Shown here piece after piece: positions 45,460 through 59,400 of a stretch of 64,000 nucleotides of DNA. Within the stretch, counting starts at the first letter, position 1; the number at the start of each line of letters is the position of its first letter. The position numbers and the translations under genes are program-made. The notes below the pieces were generated by a model. The model made no database searches. It was not told where the DNA came from and saw only the letters and a program-made list of their open reading frames with translations. The stretch is from Bugula neritina. Its lineage: Eukaryota > Animalia > Bryozoa. The DNA is taken from contig OZ037766.1 of assembly GCA_964035545.1 (NCBI GenBank), forward strand, positions 32,788,773-32,852,772, given 5' to 3'.

Positions 45460-48400
45460 GCTACTACTACTACTGCTACTACTACTACTACTAATACTAC
45501 TACTACCGCTATTTCTACTGTCACAGTTATTATTCTAGTGTGTTAGTGACACTATCAAGATGTAAGTCCCCCAAGCCAGAACTCTCTAACCTATCAGAGT
45601 CTCCATCAGTGAAAGTAGAAAACAGTATGCAGAGCATTGCAAACTTCGAGCAAGCGGACAGTGAAGACTCGAGTATTCATATCCGAGAGAAAGAAAAAAG
45701 GTGGGAGTTGTTTTCACTTGGAATAATTCACTCGTCTGTCACCTCTTGAATATTGTACTACGCTCGTCTGGACATAATATTACAATTAGTTAAACTTGTA
45801 CTATGCATATAGGAAGAGGTCAAGATCACCAGACAGAGAGTCCACTTCTTTGATTTCTTCAATAACTAGTAGATCACTGAGTGTGTCAGCCACTAGTCGC
45901 ATCACTTCAACAGGTGTGTAGAGTTTATCCACTTTACCTTGTAGCATATATACTTGTATGTTATATATGTATATGTGTAGTATGTACATCATATGACTAG
46001 TGTATATGTTTATTGTATGAATTTATTATATAATGTGTTCATTACACATATGTTCATCATCTATTACCTAAACTATGTATAGTTTGTCCTGATATCTTTC
46101 TATTCATGTAATTACAATCCATTAAATTACTCAGCCACTACAATGCCCTGTGAACCAACATTAACTGTACAAATGTTTGTATAGTTTCTACTGATGGACC
46201 TGAAGCTAGTTTTTCTGACAAGTTTGATATGAAATTGGAAAGTCAGCACTTGTATGTTAATATTGCTCTCTTCAGCATCAACAACCTACTTAGTGTGTCT
46301 GCTAATGGTGCTGAGGATTCCCTTATTGGATATGTAAGTGTTACTCTCATTGGATATGTAAGTGTTACTCTGATTGGATATGTAAGTGTTACTCTGATTG
46401 GATATGTAAGTGTTACTCTGATTGTATATGTAAGTGTTACTCTCATTGGATATGTAAGTGTTACTCTCATTGGATATGTAAGTGTTACTCTGATTGTATA
46501 TGTAAGTGTTACTCTCATTGGATATGTAAGTGTTACTCTCATTGGATATGTAAGTGTTACTCTCATTGGATATGTAAGTGTTACTCTCATTGGATATGTA
46601 AGTGTTACTCTGATTGGATATGTAAGTGTTACTCTGATTGGATATGTAAGTGTTACTCTCATTGGATATGTAAGTGTTACTCTCATTGGATATGTAAGTG
46701 TTACTCTCATTGGATATGTAAGTGTTACTCTCATTGGATATGTAAGTGTTACTCTGATTGGATATGTAAGTGTTACTCTCATTGGATATGTAAGTGTTAC
46801 TCTCATTGGATATGTAAGTGTTACTCTCATTGGATATGTAAGTGTTACTCTCATTGGATATGTAAGTGTTACTCTCATTGGATATGTAAGTGTTACTCTG
46901 ATTGGATATGTAAGTGTTACTCTCATTGGATATGTAAGTGTTACTCTCATTGGATATGTAAGTGTTACTCTGACATTTTAAATATCTAAAATAATCTCAC
47001 TGAGGTCAGAGAAGGTCTTAGCAGTGATTGAAATAAGAGCGTAGCGCCTGTATTTAAATAAACTGGAATAAGTTACATTTGGAAAGTTCACTTGCTGAGA
47101 TGAAGCAGTTGCACTTAATTACCTCAGACAGTAAAGAGCCATTTCATTCAAGGAAACTGATGAAACCTTGTGATCATGTCTCCAATGCTCCTGATGTTTA
47201 TGTTAAACTTTAGAGGCAATATTTACTTTAGACGTCGGTGTCTGTACCGGACATTCTCGGCCAATGCTCTTCCAGCCCAACAGATCGCACCCAAATCTCT
47301 GTGAGGTTGTCTCCCCCGCCAGATTTGGATCACAACCCGGCCATGATTGGTGCTCGGGAGATGGATATTTCCAAGTGTTACGGTGACGTCACTCTGGAGT
47401 TCTACGCACCAGAATACAAGCAATCAGGCGGTAATCTACATTTCTCCTGTTGGTCTAATGTGCGCTACACTCTTTCCTTTCACTTTTTGTTGTAGAGATA
47501 TGCACAAGTGGAAGCTTTTTGATTCTACAGTTTGTTTTGTATGATAATTTTTTAGTTATAGAAGTTTGAAATGTATTTTGCAGTTTTTGCTAGATACTCT
47601 AATCATTGTTGTTAATTAAGTCAACTCTGTATGATGAAAATAGAAATAGAACATTTGGTAACATATTGTATGCTTTTTCAGCTGCAGAGCCACCCAAAGT
47701 CCCAGATGCAGTTGAAGACAGTGAATTTGCTGACATTGACATAGTGCCCCCTGTGGCTAGCCTTTCTACTCAGGCAGGTCCTTTCCGTACCGACAGCGAC
47801 ACTGATTCCTTAACTGCTTCTTTCCTGCACTCATTTAGAGACCAAGCCTTTACGCAAGCTATTAGCTGTAACTTCTGCTCGAAAAAGGTAGCCTTCATCG
47901 ATTCTGTGAATTAAGTTAATTACTTTACAGGCATCTGGTACTTTCATTTCACTGAATGTTCTTGTTCTAGTGCATCATCTGACAGTTTAGGTATGGTATA
48001 TTTTCCCTCGATATGGTTTGTTTTCAGCATGTCTTACTCCTAATGCTCTCTAAACATAAAATGTAACTTAGTTATCATTTTATCAGTGCTATTCACCCGT
48101 TAGCTGTAAGAGCATTTCATGGTATTTGTGTAAAGCAAAACAGCTTGTTTTGGATATCTAACTGACCTCAGGTGAACCTAACTCGTATAGATTTCGCTGC
48201 CCATTACATCTCTCTATCTCTTGCTATCACTCTAGTCATGCTCTAATTAACCTAGTTTATTTAATTACCATTCTATTATAACACCTAACAGTAAATTAGT
48301 TTAGGTGAATCCCATCGTTTCACCTTATACATTATGTGTTGTTAGAGCATTCAATAGCCTTGTTGAATTGTAAATTGTTAAAAGAGCAATTAGCACAAGT

Positions 48401-50686
48401 AAGTAAATGAAGGGTTTGGAACTGTTGAGGCAATTTACTTGAGTATAGGGAGAAACTATATTTCTATATAACATTGTTTTGTATTATGGTACAAAGGGGG
48501 TTGATTTAGGTCAGAGTCAAATATATCCAACTTTACATTAAGCATGTCTATAGATATTTGTTGAGATCAAATGCATTTATTTCCGTTAATACATAATTAC
48601 TAGAGTGTGTTAATTTCGTGGACAGATCTGGATGAAAAAGGCTGTAAAATGTGACGAGTGCCACATGATAATTCACAAGAAGTGTATTGCCAGATGTCAG
48701 ACGAGCACAACCTGTTCCCGGGAGCCCATAATACAACTGGCTAGCAGTAGAGAGTCCATATCTAGTCATCTACCAGAAGAACACCCTAGAAAACTCTCCA
48801 GAACTTCTAGCTCTGCATTCGGCAAACTCCGCAGACGCAAAAACCGCAATAAATCAGGAGGTAGTAGTTTACTATCTCTGCTTTTGCATGACCTCAACTT
48901 GGTTTAAGGGCAAATTGACCACCACCCTGTGCACAACTGAACTATTTTCTTATTTGTAGAAGTTGTTCAGCCATCAAACCAACCAAATCTGAATGTCGTC
49001 ACTAAAAGTAATATCGAAGGCTTTGAAAGTTCTAGTGATGAAGAGCAGTCCCAGAGCAGTCCTCTGCCTCATAGATCCAATATGAATGCTGCTGACAGTT
49101 TGGAAAGTTCATCTGAAGATGATGCAGAGTTTGAAATTCAGTTTATGAAAGATTATTTGTCCAAGCAAGGAGGTACCAATCAGCTTTTCTGCTTCTACAT
49201 GCTTCAGTGCCACAGGCATTGAAAAAACTTGAAAAATAATAAAAGTCACACACGTGTGAGCAAATAGGGTTCCACCAACCATTATTACAGTTAGAATCTA
49301 TATACAGCATCTATGATAAAGCAGTCAGCACAACAGTTTCTCCTATTAGCAGTATTGTTCAAAGCCCCTTTGCTCAATTAATTTCAATGGGAAAGGTAAA
49401 GACAATTGTTCAAAATCTGGTTGGGTATTGTTGTGGTTATTTGATTATTGTATTTTGCATATTTTATTTCAGGGCAATCAGCTCAAGAGGAAAATTCAGA
49501 TGAGTTGGTTATTATCGCCGCTAAACAAATGGGCAAAGAGCTCTTTGCTTCTTTAGAAATCGAAGAAAGAAAAACAAAACTTGAAGCAATGGTATGCTAA
49601 CCACTAAAATATAGCTGCTGTTGAACTGTTTTACTATTGGCAAAGCATTCTCATTGAACCAGTTTTATTTTAACCATGAAGATTTGAATTTGTAAGCTTG
49701 AAAAAAATAAAGGCTCCGTTATATTATGTTGTACAATTATTCCAGTAAATCGACCTAATTTGTATATTATGTATGTTATTTATCGATTCCTTGTATATTT
49801 TTTCGTTATGAAAATTATAACATTTTCTGAGTCAATCATCTCGAATGTGTAGGTTGAAAAACTTCAATTGGAAATTCAGATGGTTTCAAACGTTCGCGAT
49901 GAGCACCATCGTTCCCTCAAATCAACAGCCACTGCACTACAAAGGCAGCTCATCTCATCCAGAATTAAAAAAGCAGATGAAAAAATGCAGGTTTGTCAAA
50001 AATTCTGTTAGCAAAAATCAGTTTATTGAATAGTAGAGTTAGGTCCACATGGGGTGGAAAACTTCACACGAGTGCCTATGTATTGTCGTTACTCGTATTG
50101 CACATTAGTGAAAATGGTGAGTGAGACTTCAAAATGAAATAATTCATGGACAACATATTCTGTGTGGCAGCAGATTTTCACCACATATGGCTTCACGCGC
50201 AAAATCTGTTTTATGTAGCCCTGGTTTGGCTCTGTAATTTTAATGTATGGATATTGTTACTCATCTCCAAGACACGAATATTCCTTACATGTATTTATTT
50301 TGTGAAGTTTCAACCTAAAGTAGTGTTTGCTAGTCTTATATTGCTACATGTCATTCGATTGGTTAAATTTATTACAGGCGCTAGCAGTCTTGCTAGTTCA
50401 CTACTACTCTGGTCTCCAAGATTGTGCAGAACAAATTGAAAAAGGAAATTATTTAACTTTGAAAAGAAACAGTCAAAATGCTGACTTTGATGGTTCATCT
50501 AATCACCACCTGGAAGGCAGCACTGGTGGCACGTGGGACAGTGATTCTGATAAGCCTAGTGTCAAACTTGATCAACAGTCTACTGACAGTAGCAGCATTG
50601 ATTCTAGCTCACTTGAACAACAAGTGAAACCTATGTCTGATCCTGTAACCATTCCTGATGTGTCTTCTTCATTAAATAATAGTTGA
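40398..50686 (+). CDS. PDZD8: PDZ domain-containing protein 8 (TM, SMP, C2, PDZ, C1, coiled coil), about 17 exons
   Basis: N-terminal TM; VNLVLMFLFQEMKNT; FDLGSSLP; LSGQGRLRFTRHPYTNWSFSF; IKRVIRKKHTLPAYKIRIKPFF; PDZ VDKVKQGSAAGLAGLVK|GDII; CYGDVTLEF; C1 HSFRDQAF...CNFCSKK|IWMKKAVKCDECHMIIHKKC; AAKQMGKELF; LAVLLVHYYSGL. Confidence 0.93.
45245..45520. repeat. (ACT)n microsatellite filling almost an entire PDZD8 intron
   Basis: Direct inspection. Confidence 0.95.
46325..46972 (+). repeat. 24-bp minisatellite, 27 copies of a PDZD8 5' splice site (ATTGGATAT|GTAAGTGTTACTCTC)
   Basis: Donor GT at 46334 and every 24 bp up to 46958. Confidence 0.97.
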
Positions 50687-51330
50687 CCAAGTTATTTATT
50701 ACTAAAATGCTTTAAACATTGTAATTTATTCTCTAATCTCACTATAGCTCCTGCATTACCTCCATGATATTTGTGCATATAGCTAAAATATATTTATTTT
50801 GTAATTTTTTAAAATAACAAACATGTTTAATATTATTTAAATGTTATAAAATTAATATATTTGTTGTGTATCTTATGAAAAATTTAGGACTATATTGAAC
50901 CCTAGATCTGGGTAGCTTAGAGCCCGGTTATCATTCTGTTTTGTTAGCTATCGGTTTGTATGTTCCACTTACTGCTGATTTGCATACAATTGTCAATATA
51001 TTTTTATTACAATAAAGTAGAACTCCAGTTATTAATTGAATAGTGTGCTGTAGATTAATACAATTCTTCATTTTGAAAGCATAAATGCTGAATCTTGTTT
51101 GGAAACCAATATGTTTTAGAAATTGAAATCATGATTAGTTATTTTCAAATCACTAACATGTAAATTATTTTATTAACTTATAACACTCAAGATAAATAAA
51201 AATAGGTAACAATGTATATACACTATTCATTAGCCCAACTAGATTTTATTATTAACACAGCCAGGTTTAGGTCAAGCCATTATCACATGAGTGAGTGATT
51301 GTGTATGTCTCTGAAAAATTTGTCCATAAG

Positions 51331-51825
51331 TTATGCTAATTTATAGTTTGCTGAGTTCTGCTTCAATTTTAAAATATCTTTCAAAGACCTCATTAAATTG
51401 TCAAACAGGGGCACATGTTGCTTTTTCTCTATTTCCAAAGTGGCCAACAGCTGTGCTTGCAGATCTGCAACCACCTTTTCCTTTTCAGCAGCAATACCAG
51501 TTATATTATTTTCCTCATCAGTTAATAGTATTTGGTTTTTCAAGAGAACTTCACATCTGTTTTCTAAATCTATAGGTATATGTATATATACATACATACA
51601 TATATATTGTATATATAATATATATTGTTTAAAATTATAGCAGCTGCCATACCTTCAAATTCTTGAGAGGTTTGGCACAGCATCTCATTTATGTTTTGGT
51701 TATGCTTTTTAGCAGCTTTAAGTTTTTCTTCACACTCTGAAAGAGCTCTGTTCAACTCCGCTTCAGCTTTTCGAACTTCTTGATTCATATTCTTGCACTC
51801 ACTCAGCAAAATGTAGAGTTTGCTG
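51331..51825 (-). CDS. Uncharacterised coiled-coil protein, last two exons (about 51822-51653 and 51569-51331); 5' exons not resolved
   Basis: CTGCAG acceptor, GAAG|GTATGG donor and CTATAG acceptor join ...NQEVRKAEAELNRALSECEEKLKAAKK...EFE|DLENRCEVLLKNQ... in phase; heptad-like E/K/L composition. Confidence 0.6.
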
Positions 51826-52269
51826 CAGTGTAAAGCAGCACAAGTTTGAATGCTGGCTGAATAAAATAATATTAAACATATATAAGTGTGATCTTTAACA
51901 ATTAAATTTAATTAAACGCACCGGGTATGTAAATATTATAATTGGAAAAATTTTTATTGATAATGTTATAGTTCAGTGTGTTCATTATATTATGCAATTA
52001 TCAAATAAAAGTCTATATGTTAGCAATAAGAAAAATTTTTTAAATGGGATGTTTGCATTATATGCAGAGCTTGTGACTCTTGAACATTCTAACGATCTAA
52101 CCCAAACTACTACTAGTACTATGCAAAAAGTAACTTGTACATATATTGAAAATTCCTTTGCCTTTGTTTGATTACTATAATAATTATTACTATTACATAG
52201 AAGTGATATAACAAAAAAAAGTTTAGCAGAGTTATAATAAGTTTTAAGAACTTGTTAAGTGTTGGTGTT

Positions 52270-52700
52270 ACATTTACTATTCGTATTACTATTACTATTA
52301 GACTATTAGTAGTACTAATAATAATACTAATAGTAATAATAATAGTAATACTAATACTAATAGTACAAGTATTACTATTAGAGTATTAGTATTAATCTTA
52401 GGATTAGCAATCTCTCATTGACCATCACTAAAGTGAAAACGAGTATGAGTATAGTTAATGTTATGAGTATCACTATCAGTATGACTATGAGTGTCACTAT
52501 CAGTATGACTATAAGTATAACTATAAGTATCACTATCAGACTCAGTACCACTACCAGTATGACTATGAGTATCAGTATGAGTACCACTATCAGTGTTGGT
52601 ATAACTATAAGTTTTACAATTAAGATTAGTGTTATCGATAGTATTAATATTACTAAGTGACTTAGTAATACTAATAGTAATAGTAATACTAATAGTTCGT
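52270..52700. repeat. Cryptic period-3 (AGT/ACT/AAT/ATG) low-complexity tract
   Basis: Direct inspection; it explains the hydrophobic pseudo-ORFs. Confidence 0.85.
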
Positions 52701-53462
52701 TAGTTGTCCTCGAGAGAAAACGAAGACTAGAGGTGCAGCAAGCATGAGTATCACAGCAATAATTATATTTATCATATGCTAACATGCATTAAATTAAATC
52801 ATAATAGCATTAAATTTTTGTTTTTATCAACACAAAATTAATTTATAATTTTGTTTTTTTATAGCTGTAGGAGTGAGTATTGTTAATACTATTATCTTTG
52901 TGATTTAAAAAAAGATGTTTGCACTCTTAGTAAATAGTACGCCGTCTGCTTTTGATCACATGGTTTGCACGTGTGTTCTCAAGATTAGAATGGATAACTC
53001 CAAATCTATACAACTTTTGCTAATGGTGTGTTAACTCAGCTATACAAACATCAGCATGTTGAAGAATTAGGATCGGAATTATAATAAGTATTAATAATTT
53101 TATTAGCGGTATCCACAATGCTGTGATAAAAAATAAAAAAGACTAGTTTGAGCACATTATTTTTAAAAAATGGTTAATAAAACTATAATATATTAAGACT
53201 GTATAAAATATGTGTAAAAAGTGAAATAGGATAAAAGTTATATGAATAATATGAAACTTTTATGAATATTGACAATAAAGTTTAATAGAGTTGTAGAAAT
53301 TGAGATGTGAGAAAGACTGACGTTGCCACACCTACTAAATAACCAGTGGCAAATACTTACCAACTAAAACAAGATTAAATTATAGGCCATAAAACTATAC
53401 AATAACTTATAAACATAGTATAGGGTACTGTACAAGTCATAATGATTATGCAATGACTGTTA

Positions 53463-56400
53463 TTAGAAAAAATCACACTTTTGTTTAGAGCTGGTGGATC
53501 TGGTGGATACAGGTGAGACGTTGCAGGGTTTGTCATCTCCACTCAATCCACCATCTGAGTTTGGAGTCCCTGTCTCTGTAATTGACTTATAGCCTTGTGG
53601 ACTGATGGTCCCATTATCATTGAACTTAGTCAAGGGAACCGGGGAGCTGGGCGGAGAGCTGCGAGGGGTTGATTTCCCGATCATCGTAGAGAATTCATTT
53701 GGGGAAGTGGAAGTCGTCACTCCGGAGTACAAGCGACTAGATTTCCCATCATTGTTAGAGGTTGAGTTAGTTGAGTCGGACTTGAGCTGGTGATACTTGG
53801 CCTTGATGTTCTGCATGTTGCTGCCACTCGCAACAAATACTAGAAAGCCAAAGAAGCCGTGTAAGCAGCACAGCACAATGAAGATGGTGGTGAGGATCTG
53901 ACTCGCTATTGGATACTTGTACCTATCAACCGCTGCCGCTAGCATCGCTGACAACCAGTTAAATCCCAGTACAATGATCAGTTTGAAACAAAGGTATATC
54001 TTTTCCTTGTGCGACTGTCTAACCCTACTCGTAGCTGCAGCTATGTGTCTCAGTCTCAGAACTACAACTACGTATATCACCATGGCGATCAGCAAACACA
54101 CGGCTATTGGTAAGATGAAGAACACAATATTGCCTTCTCTGCTCTCCATAAAACAGTTCACTCCGCCGTACTGCGGTGCAAACTTCGACAGCGAGGCATA
54201 ATTGTCGAGTAGAATTGCGGGTACAAGGACGAGGAAAGGCACAAGAAGGCCGGTTAGCCAAATCTTGACAACTATAAGTGGAGTGTATCTCGAGTCCAAC
54301 TCGATGAACTCTAATGACCTTATTATAAGTATGGCGTAGAGGTTCATGAACACAAAAGCAGCAATGAAGAAGTAGTTAATCATGACAGCAACAATTTTAC
54401 AGGCGATGTCATTAGGGTAGTACTGCAAGAAACCTCTACACAGGAACACAATGTAGGCAAGGAGAAACATCAACATGTTCCCTGCTATCGTACATCCCGG
54501 AATGTTTCGCATGCGTTTAACCATAAAGAACGCTATAAAGAATAGTATAAGAAAGCATATAGAACATATGCAAAGAATAAGCGTGATGTAGTCTTGATAC
54601 TTAGTGATCAGGTTACTCGACGTGGGAGGGTGACTGCTGGGTCCCTTAGACATGGGAAGACAGAGAAACGTTAGGTTGTGCTCATTTGCCACGAACAAAC
54701 TGTTCACATAAGTAGAGTTGATAGTAAGTGAGCCATCGCTGTGAACTATCACGTTGTCGTTGGTGATTGAAATAGAGGCTAGCAGAGTGCAGGTATGACA
54801 GTAAGCTGTGCCGTCACTTAGCTCCATGTAGAAGGCGTTGTTACTAAACTGAGACTTTGTTATGTTGTTCTTTGCTCCAATCTGCAGGTATTTACTGTAG
54901 ATTACCTGGAAATAGAGAATAACTCAGTCTACACTTATGTGAAAGGTTGTCAAAGTGATAGCAATTTCTATCATGTCACAGTCGCTATTCTAGCTGCACA
55001 TATTACACATTCTCTTAGTTTTACAATATACCGGCCAGTTTTGAATTTGCTATCTCCTGTATGTTAACACCTTTTGTGAGGCTACTTATTGTTTAAAATA
55101 GTGTTTCTCGCACTACGAATTACATTCTATCGTCTATACTACGGAAAAACAGGAAGAGTAAAAAAAAACATATTAATGAATGTATAAATAAATTTTTTTT
55201 TATGTTCTTACGGCTGATGAAATAAATTTTCCGGGTTGTATATTTCCTTTTGCAGCTTTAATTTTTCTAATATTATAAAAATAGTAAAAATTATTTTTTT
55301 GAAATCCAAGTCATTATTTCAACATGTTTATAGAATAGAAAGGTTCAAAATAATGGTTGCTGTTTATTAAACAATATGAAAGTGAATCTGTTATTCAGAG
55401 TAGAGTGAGTTTATGGGAGACATGAGATGTAGCAATGTGAAGGCTTACCGTCTCATCACAGCTTGATGTCTTCATGTGACTTTTCAATACACATCGTCCT
55501 TTAAACAGGAACGAGTCGAGAGGACATATTGGAACGCATGTGACAGTCGCTGTGTCTAGATATTCTCCTACAACGTTCATAGTTGAACTGAAATCAGTTA
55601 CTCTTAACTAAAGTACAAAATATTGCAACATTAGTGATTAAAGCTGATGTAACTAGTATGAATTCCTAAACTCACCAAAATTACACGTTGGAACGGTGGC
55701 TAAATCCCCTTGACATTGAGATCCATCCTCAGCTATAAAAAGAAAATAAGCCATTGAATCAACTAAACTAATGATTTCAAACACCTTTCGATGGATAAGC
55801 AGGCCAATCTAATCTAAACATCAAGCGTCTGTTCCCTTACCTTGGCAAGCCTTTCTACTAAGAGAAGGGTAAGGTTGGACCAAAACAGAAAACCCAAGGA
55901 CAAATTGCTTCTTCTTATCATCACCGTTCATACATCCAGTGGTTGGGTTACAAATCTGGCACATCAGAGTATCTGTAACCAATCACAGCAAAGCATTATC
56001 TCAATACTAATCCTCAGTAGCGAATCAGAATGAAGAGTACTAATAATGTAGCCAATCATAATGAGGTTTTCACATATGAATGATTACTAGTAACTATTAA
56101 ACATGCTCAACAAAGAAAAAGGAAGCAAATCAGAAAGGTTTGAATAAATTATTTTCTCATTTTGTGTAGACAGGAAACCCAAAAGTTGGATCACAGAGAA
56201 TGATGCAATGAAAACAGGATTTCTACACTTGGAGGAGACGCCAGGGTTGGAAAAGCCTGTTTTTTGTTAAAAGTTCAATAGCATAAATATTAAAAGAGAA
56301 AGACAACTTCAGTAGATCTCACCTATCGATACGTTGTGGCAGGAAGCACAGTCTGGGTTCTTGTATATGACAGTCGGATTGAGGGCAGACACCACGTACG

Positions 56401-59400
56401 AAGTGCTGCCCGTAACACATCGATCTCTAAGGATTGCTGGTGCCCCTGTAAATACATTTAGCTTTAGATGTCAAGACATAATCAGTAATTGAGCTACATT
56501 GTAGATATTACACTGTACTAGCTACACCATACTAACTACACTATACACACCTAGAGGACAAGAGTCTGTAAGGTTTCCCAGAGTCTCACACATTGTGTTT
56601 CTATCAGAAGAGGAAGATGTGGTGACCCCATATATAGAAGACAACTCCTCTTTCAGCTCATCAGGTGGTATTTGTTCAGAAGCGGTGTCAGGAAAACACT
56701 GACTGTGACTGAAACCGGCACACATTATTATTATTGATCACTTTCATGATTACAATAACAAGATGTGTATAACTACGCTAGCAACATGTGGAACTAAGCT
56801 AAAAACACGTGTAATTTAGTCAATAAAAAGTCCCAACTGACTACCTGCAAGAAAATTAGTTACAATATATTTCAGCCAACGATTAAAGGATTGCCAGAAT
56901 AAACTTGGAGTTACTTTCTCATACAAATAAAGAAGATTTATTATTCAATAACCAATAAGGAAGCAGGATGTATTTAGATCTTTAACTAGCAATTGAGGAG
57001 AGGAAATGAGAAGCTTTGGTGTCAGAGTTGACAGAGTGGAGCTTCTAATCCCGCCTTTAATAGCAGGATGTTTAAACTATTACGTGAATTTAAGTTAAAT
57101 CCCGCAAGGTACTCAGAAACCGGCCATATTTTACTGCCGGTCGGAATCGATGCAGTTCTGAATCTGTTGCCTTCAAATTTGAGAAATGTTTCCAAAAATG
57201 AAAATTCTTTCCAAAAGCTAAAATATTGGGGCTACTTTACGTGACAGCTTTGTCTTGTGAGGAGTGCTTGATGAATACACATTTAATTATAGCAATTATA
57301 TAACATTGTCCAAATATTTTGATATGTAATAAATTTGAATGTTATGGAACTAATTTAAAACTTTTTGAAAATTTCTATCAATAGAAAACCTTAAAATGAC
57401 AAATTTCTATTGTACTAGAATCTACACTCTAGAGTCTAGAGTGTTAGAGTACATTTCAGAATAAACTCAAGCAATTTGCTGTCATTTACCCTCACATACT
57501 GGACTCATGACACAACTTCAACCCAACACAACATGTAATGTTAAATTTAATATCTTTATACTGATGGCAGCATATTTCAATATTCTATATATTCATTACT
57601 GTCACCTAAAATAATTCAATCTTACCTAATTTATATATAACTTATATTTTATTCAATTTATATAACTTATATATTATTCAATTTATATAACTTATATATT
57701 ATTCCATTTATATAACTTATATATTATTATTGAACTACTATAGCCTGCATTTTATATATTACAATATCATCTCATACCTGCTAAGTTCACTCAGTGACTG
57801 GTTCTGTGTAGACTGAGAAACAAGGTTAGCTTGAAACGGATTAGACGGGGCGATTGTACAGTCAAACTTGTAATTCCAAGGTAAAAGCTGGTTGTATGAC
57901 TCCCCGTGACACATGGCGCAGTACAGGTTAGCATACGTCAGCTTCGTTTTCTTACTCGTCATCTTTACCAACTTGTCTCCATTCAACATACCTGAGCAGC
58001 AAAAGGTTTAGACGGCATTTTACTTTGTCTTACTTGGTGTCTTCTGTTACTATATATAGTAACAGAAGACACCAAGTAGCTTTAGTATAATACACTTACA
58101 AGGTAAAAAGATTGCTCTTTATTTAATATCCTTTATAAATTCCACTCTATTTCAAACTCAATTAATTTGTGAGAATCAGTATGATGGTAAGAAAAGATTT
58201 TCCATCAGAACAGTTCAAACTAGACTTAAGTAGAAACTGTCCAAGCGTTTTTTTATATTCAAAGATTTTATTTGAAAAGTTGCTTCATTGGTGATTGTAG
58301 GATGAAAGAGTATTGTGCTAATCATTTGCTGTGTTGATGCTGCTTTGGTTGCATATAATTGGCAGCAAAAACAATATCTTGTTATACGGTTAGCTTGTGG
58401 GATTTCAAGCTAACTATTTCACGAATATTCTCAGTACTAGAAGACCATTGGACAGATAACTCCAACAGTCACTGGGTGAATTTGACTTGAAGTTTAGAAG
58501 TGATTACATCTATTCTAATTCTGACAATAAAAACAGGAAATGTGGTGAGTAGGTCTGCTGAACAGGTTGGCTGATGATGTGACACGGTGAATACAATACA
58601 GGGAGTTGGGTGGCTATAGGTTGGGTTGGTAAGGGTTATGCATGACGTACTCCAGAACTACGTAAGTCAAGAGTATTTCTGAATATCTGCTACATTCATT
58701 ATACAAGTATTCATGTATGAAATATAAATAACTTTAACAGCACATCACGCAGTGGTGCAATAAATCTAGTAAGCTTAGTCCAGCCCAACTACAATCCATG
58801 GATATAACTCAGTTTGATGAATTATGAATTCATAAGGGTGATTACGTGCCAAGTGTGTGCCCACACGGGTATAATGAGCTTCAATAGCAGTAAAACTAAG
58901 CTTTACCGTGTTTACCTATGTTAAAACAATTTTACTATTTTATTCATATTTTATTACAAGTAAATAAAATATTTTGTCTGTTTAAATTTTTATTTATATT
59001 GTGCTGTTAGTATTATAAAATATAGCTACAGACTTGTGTTTGTAAAGTAAAAAGAAACTTTTTAAACGTGTTGAATGATCTTCACATAAAATGGAAAATT
59101 TAAATGAAATAGGTGGATTATATCACTGTCACTCTGTCACAGTACCTGTGTGTACCTTTTATTCATCACTAAATCATTGAAGGTTATCACAGAAGGTTTT
59201 GCTTGGCTAGACATTGCATGAATGCCATGTAATATTCTCCCCTATAAGTTGCAATCTTATCACTATTTAGACCTAAGTTATATCTGATGCACCTCAGTCA
59301 TGGTATAAGTTCTACTTTTCTATAAAGTCTTGAGACAGCATGCTCAACGTGAGCAGGAAATTAGTGTAAAGTGACTGAACGATTAAAAATTCCCCGGGCA

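Noticed and set aside
46229-46981. ORFs encoding (VSVTLIGY)n and (MRVTLTYP)n as stand-alone genes, or the array as CRISPR
   Set aside because: It is a head-to-tail 24-bp repeat with no unique spacers, and it is a duplicated PDZD8 splice donor in a eukaryotic genome.
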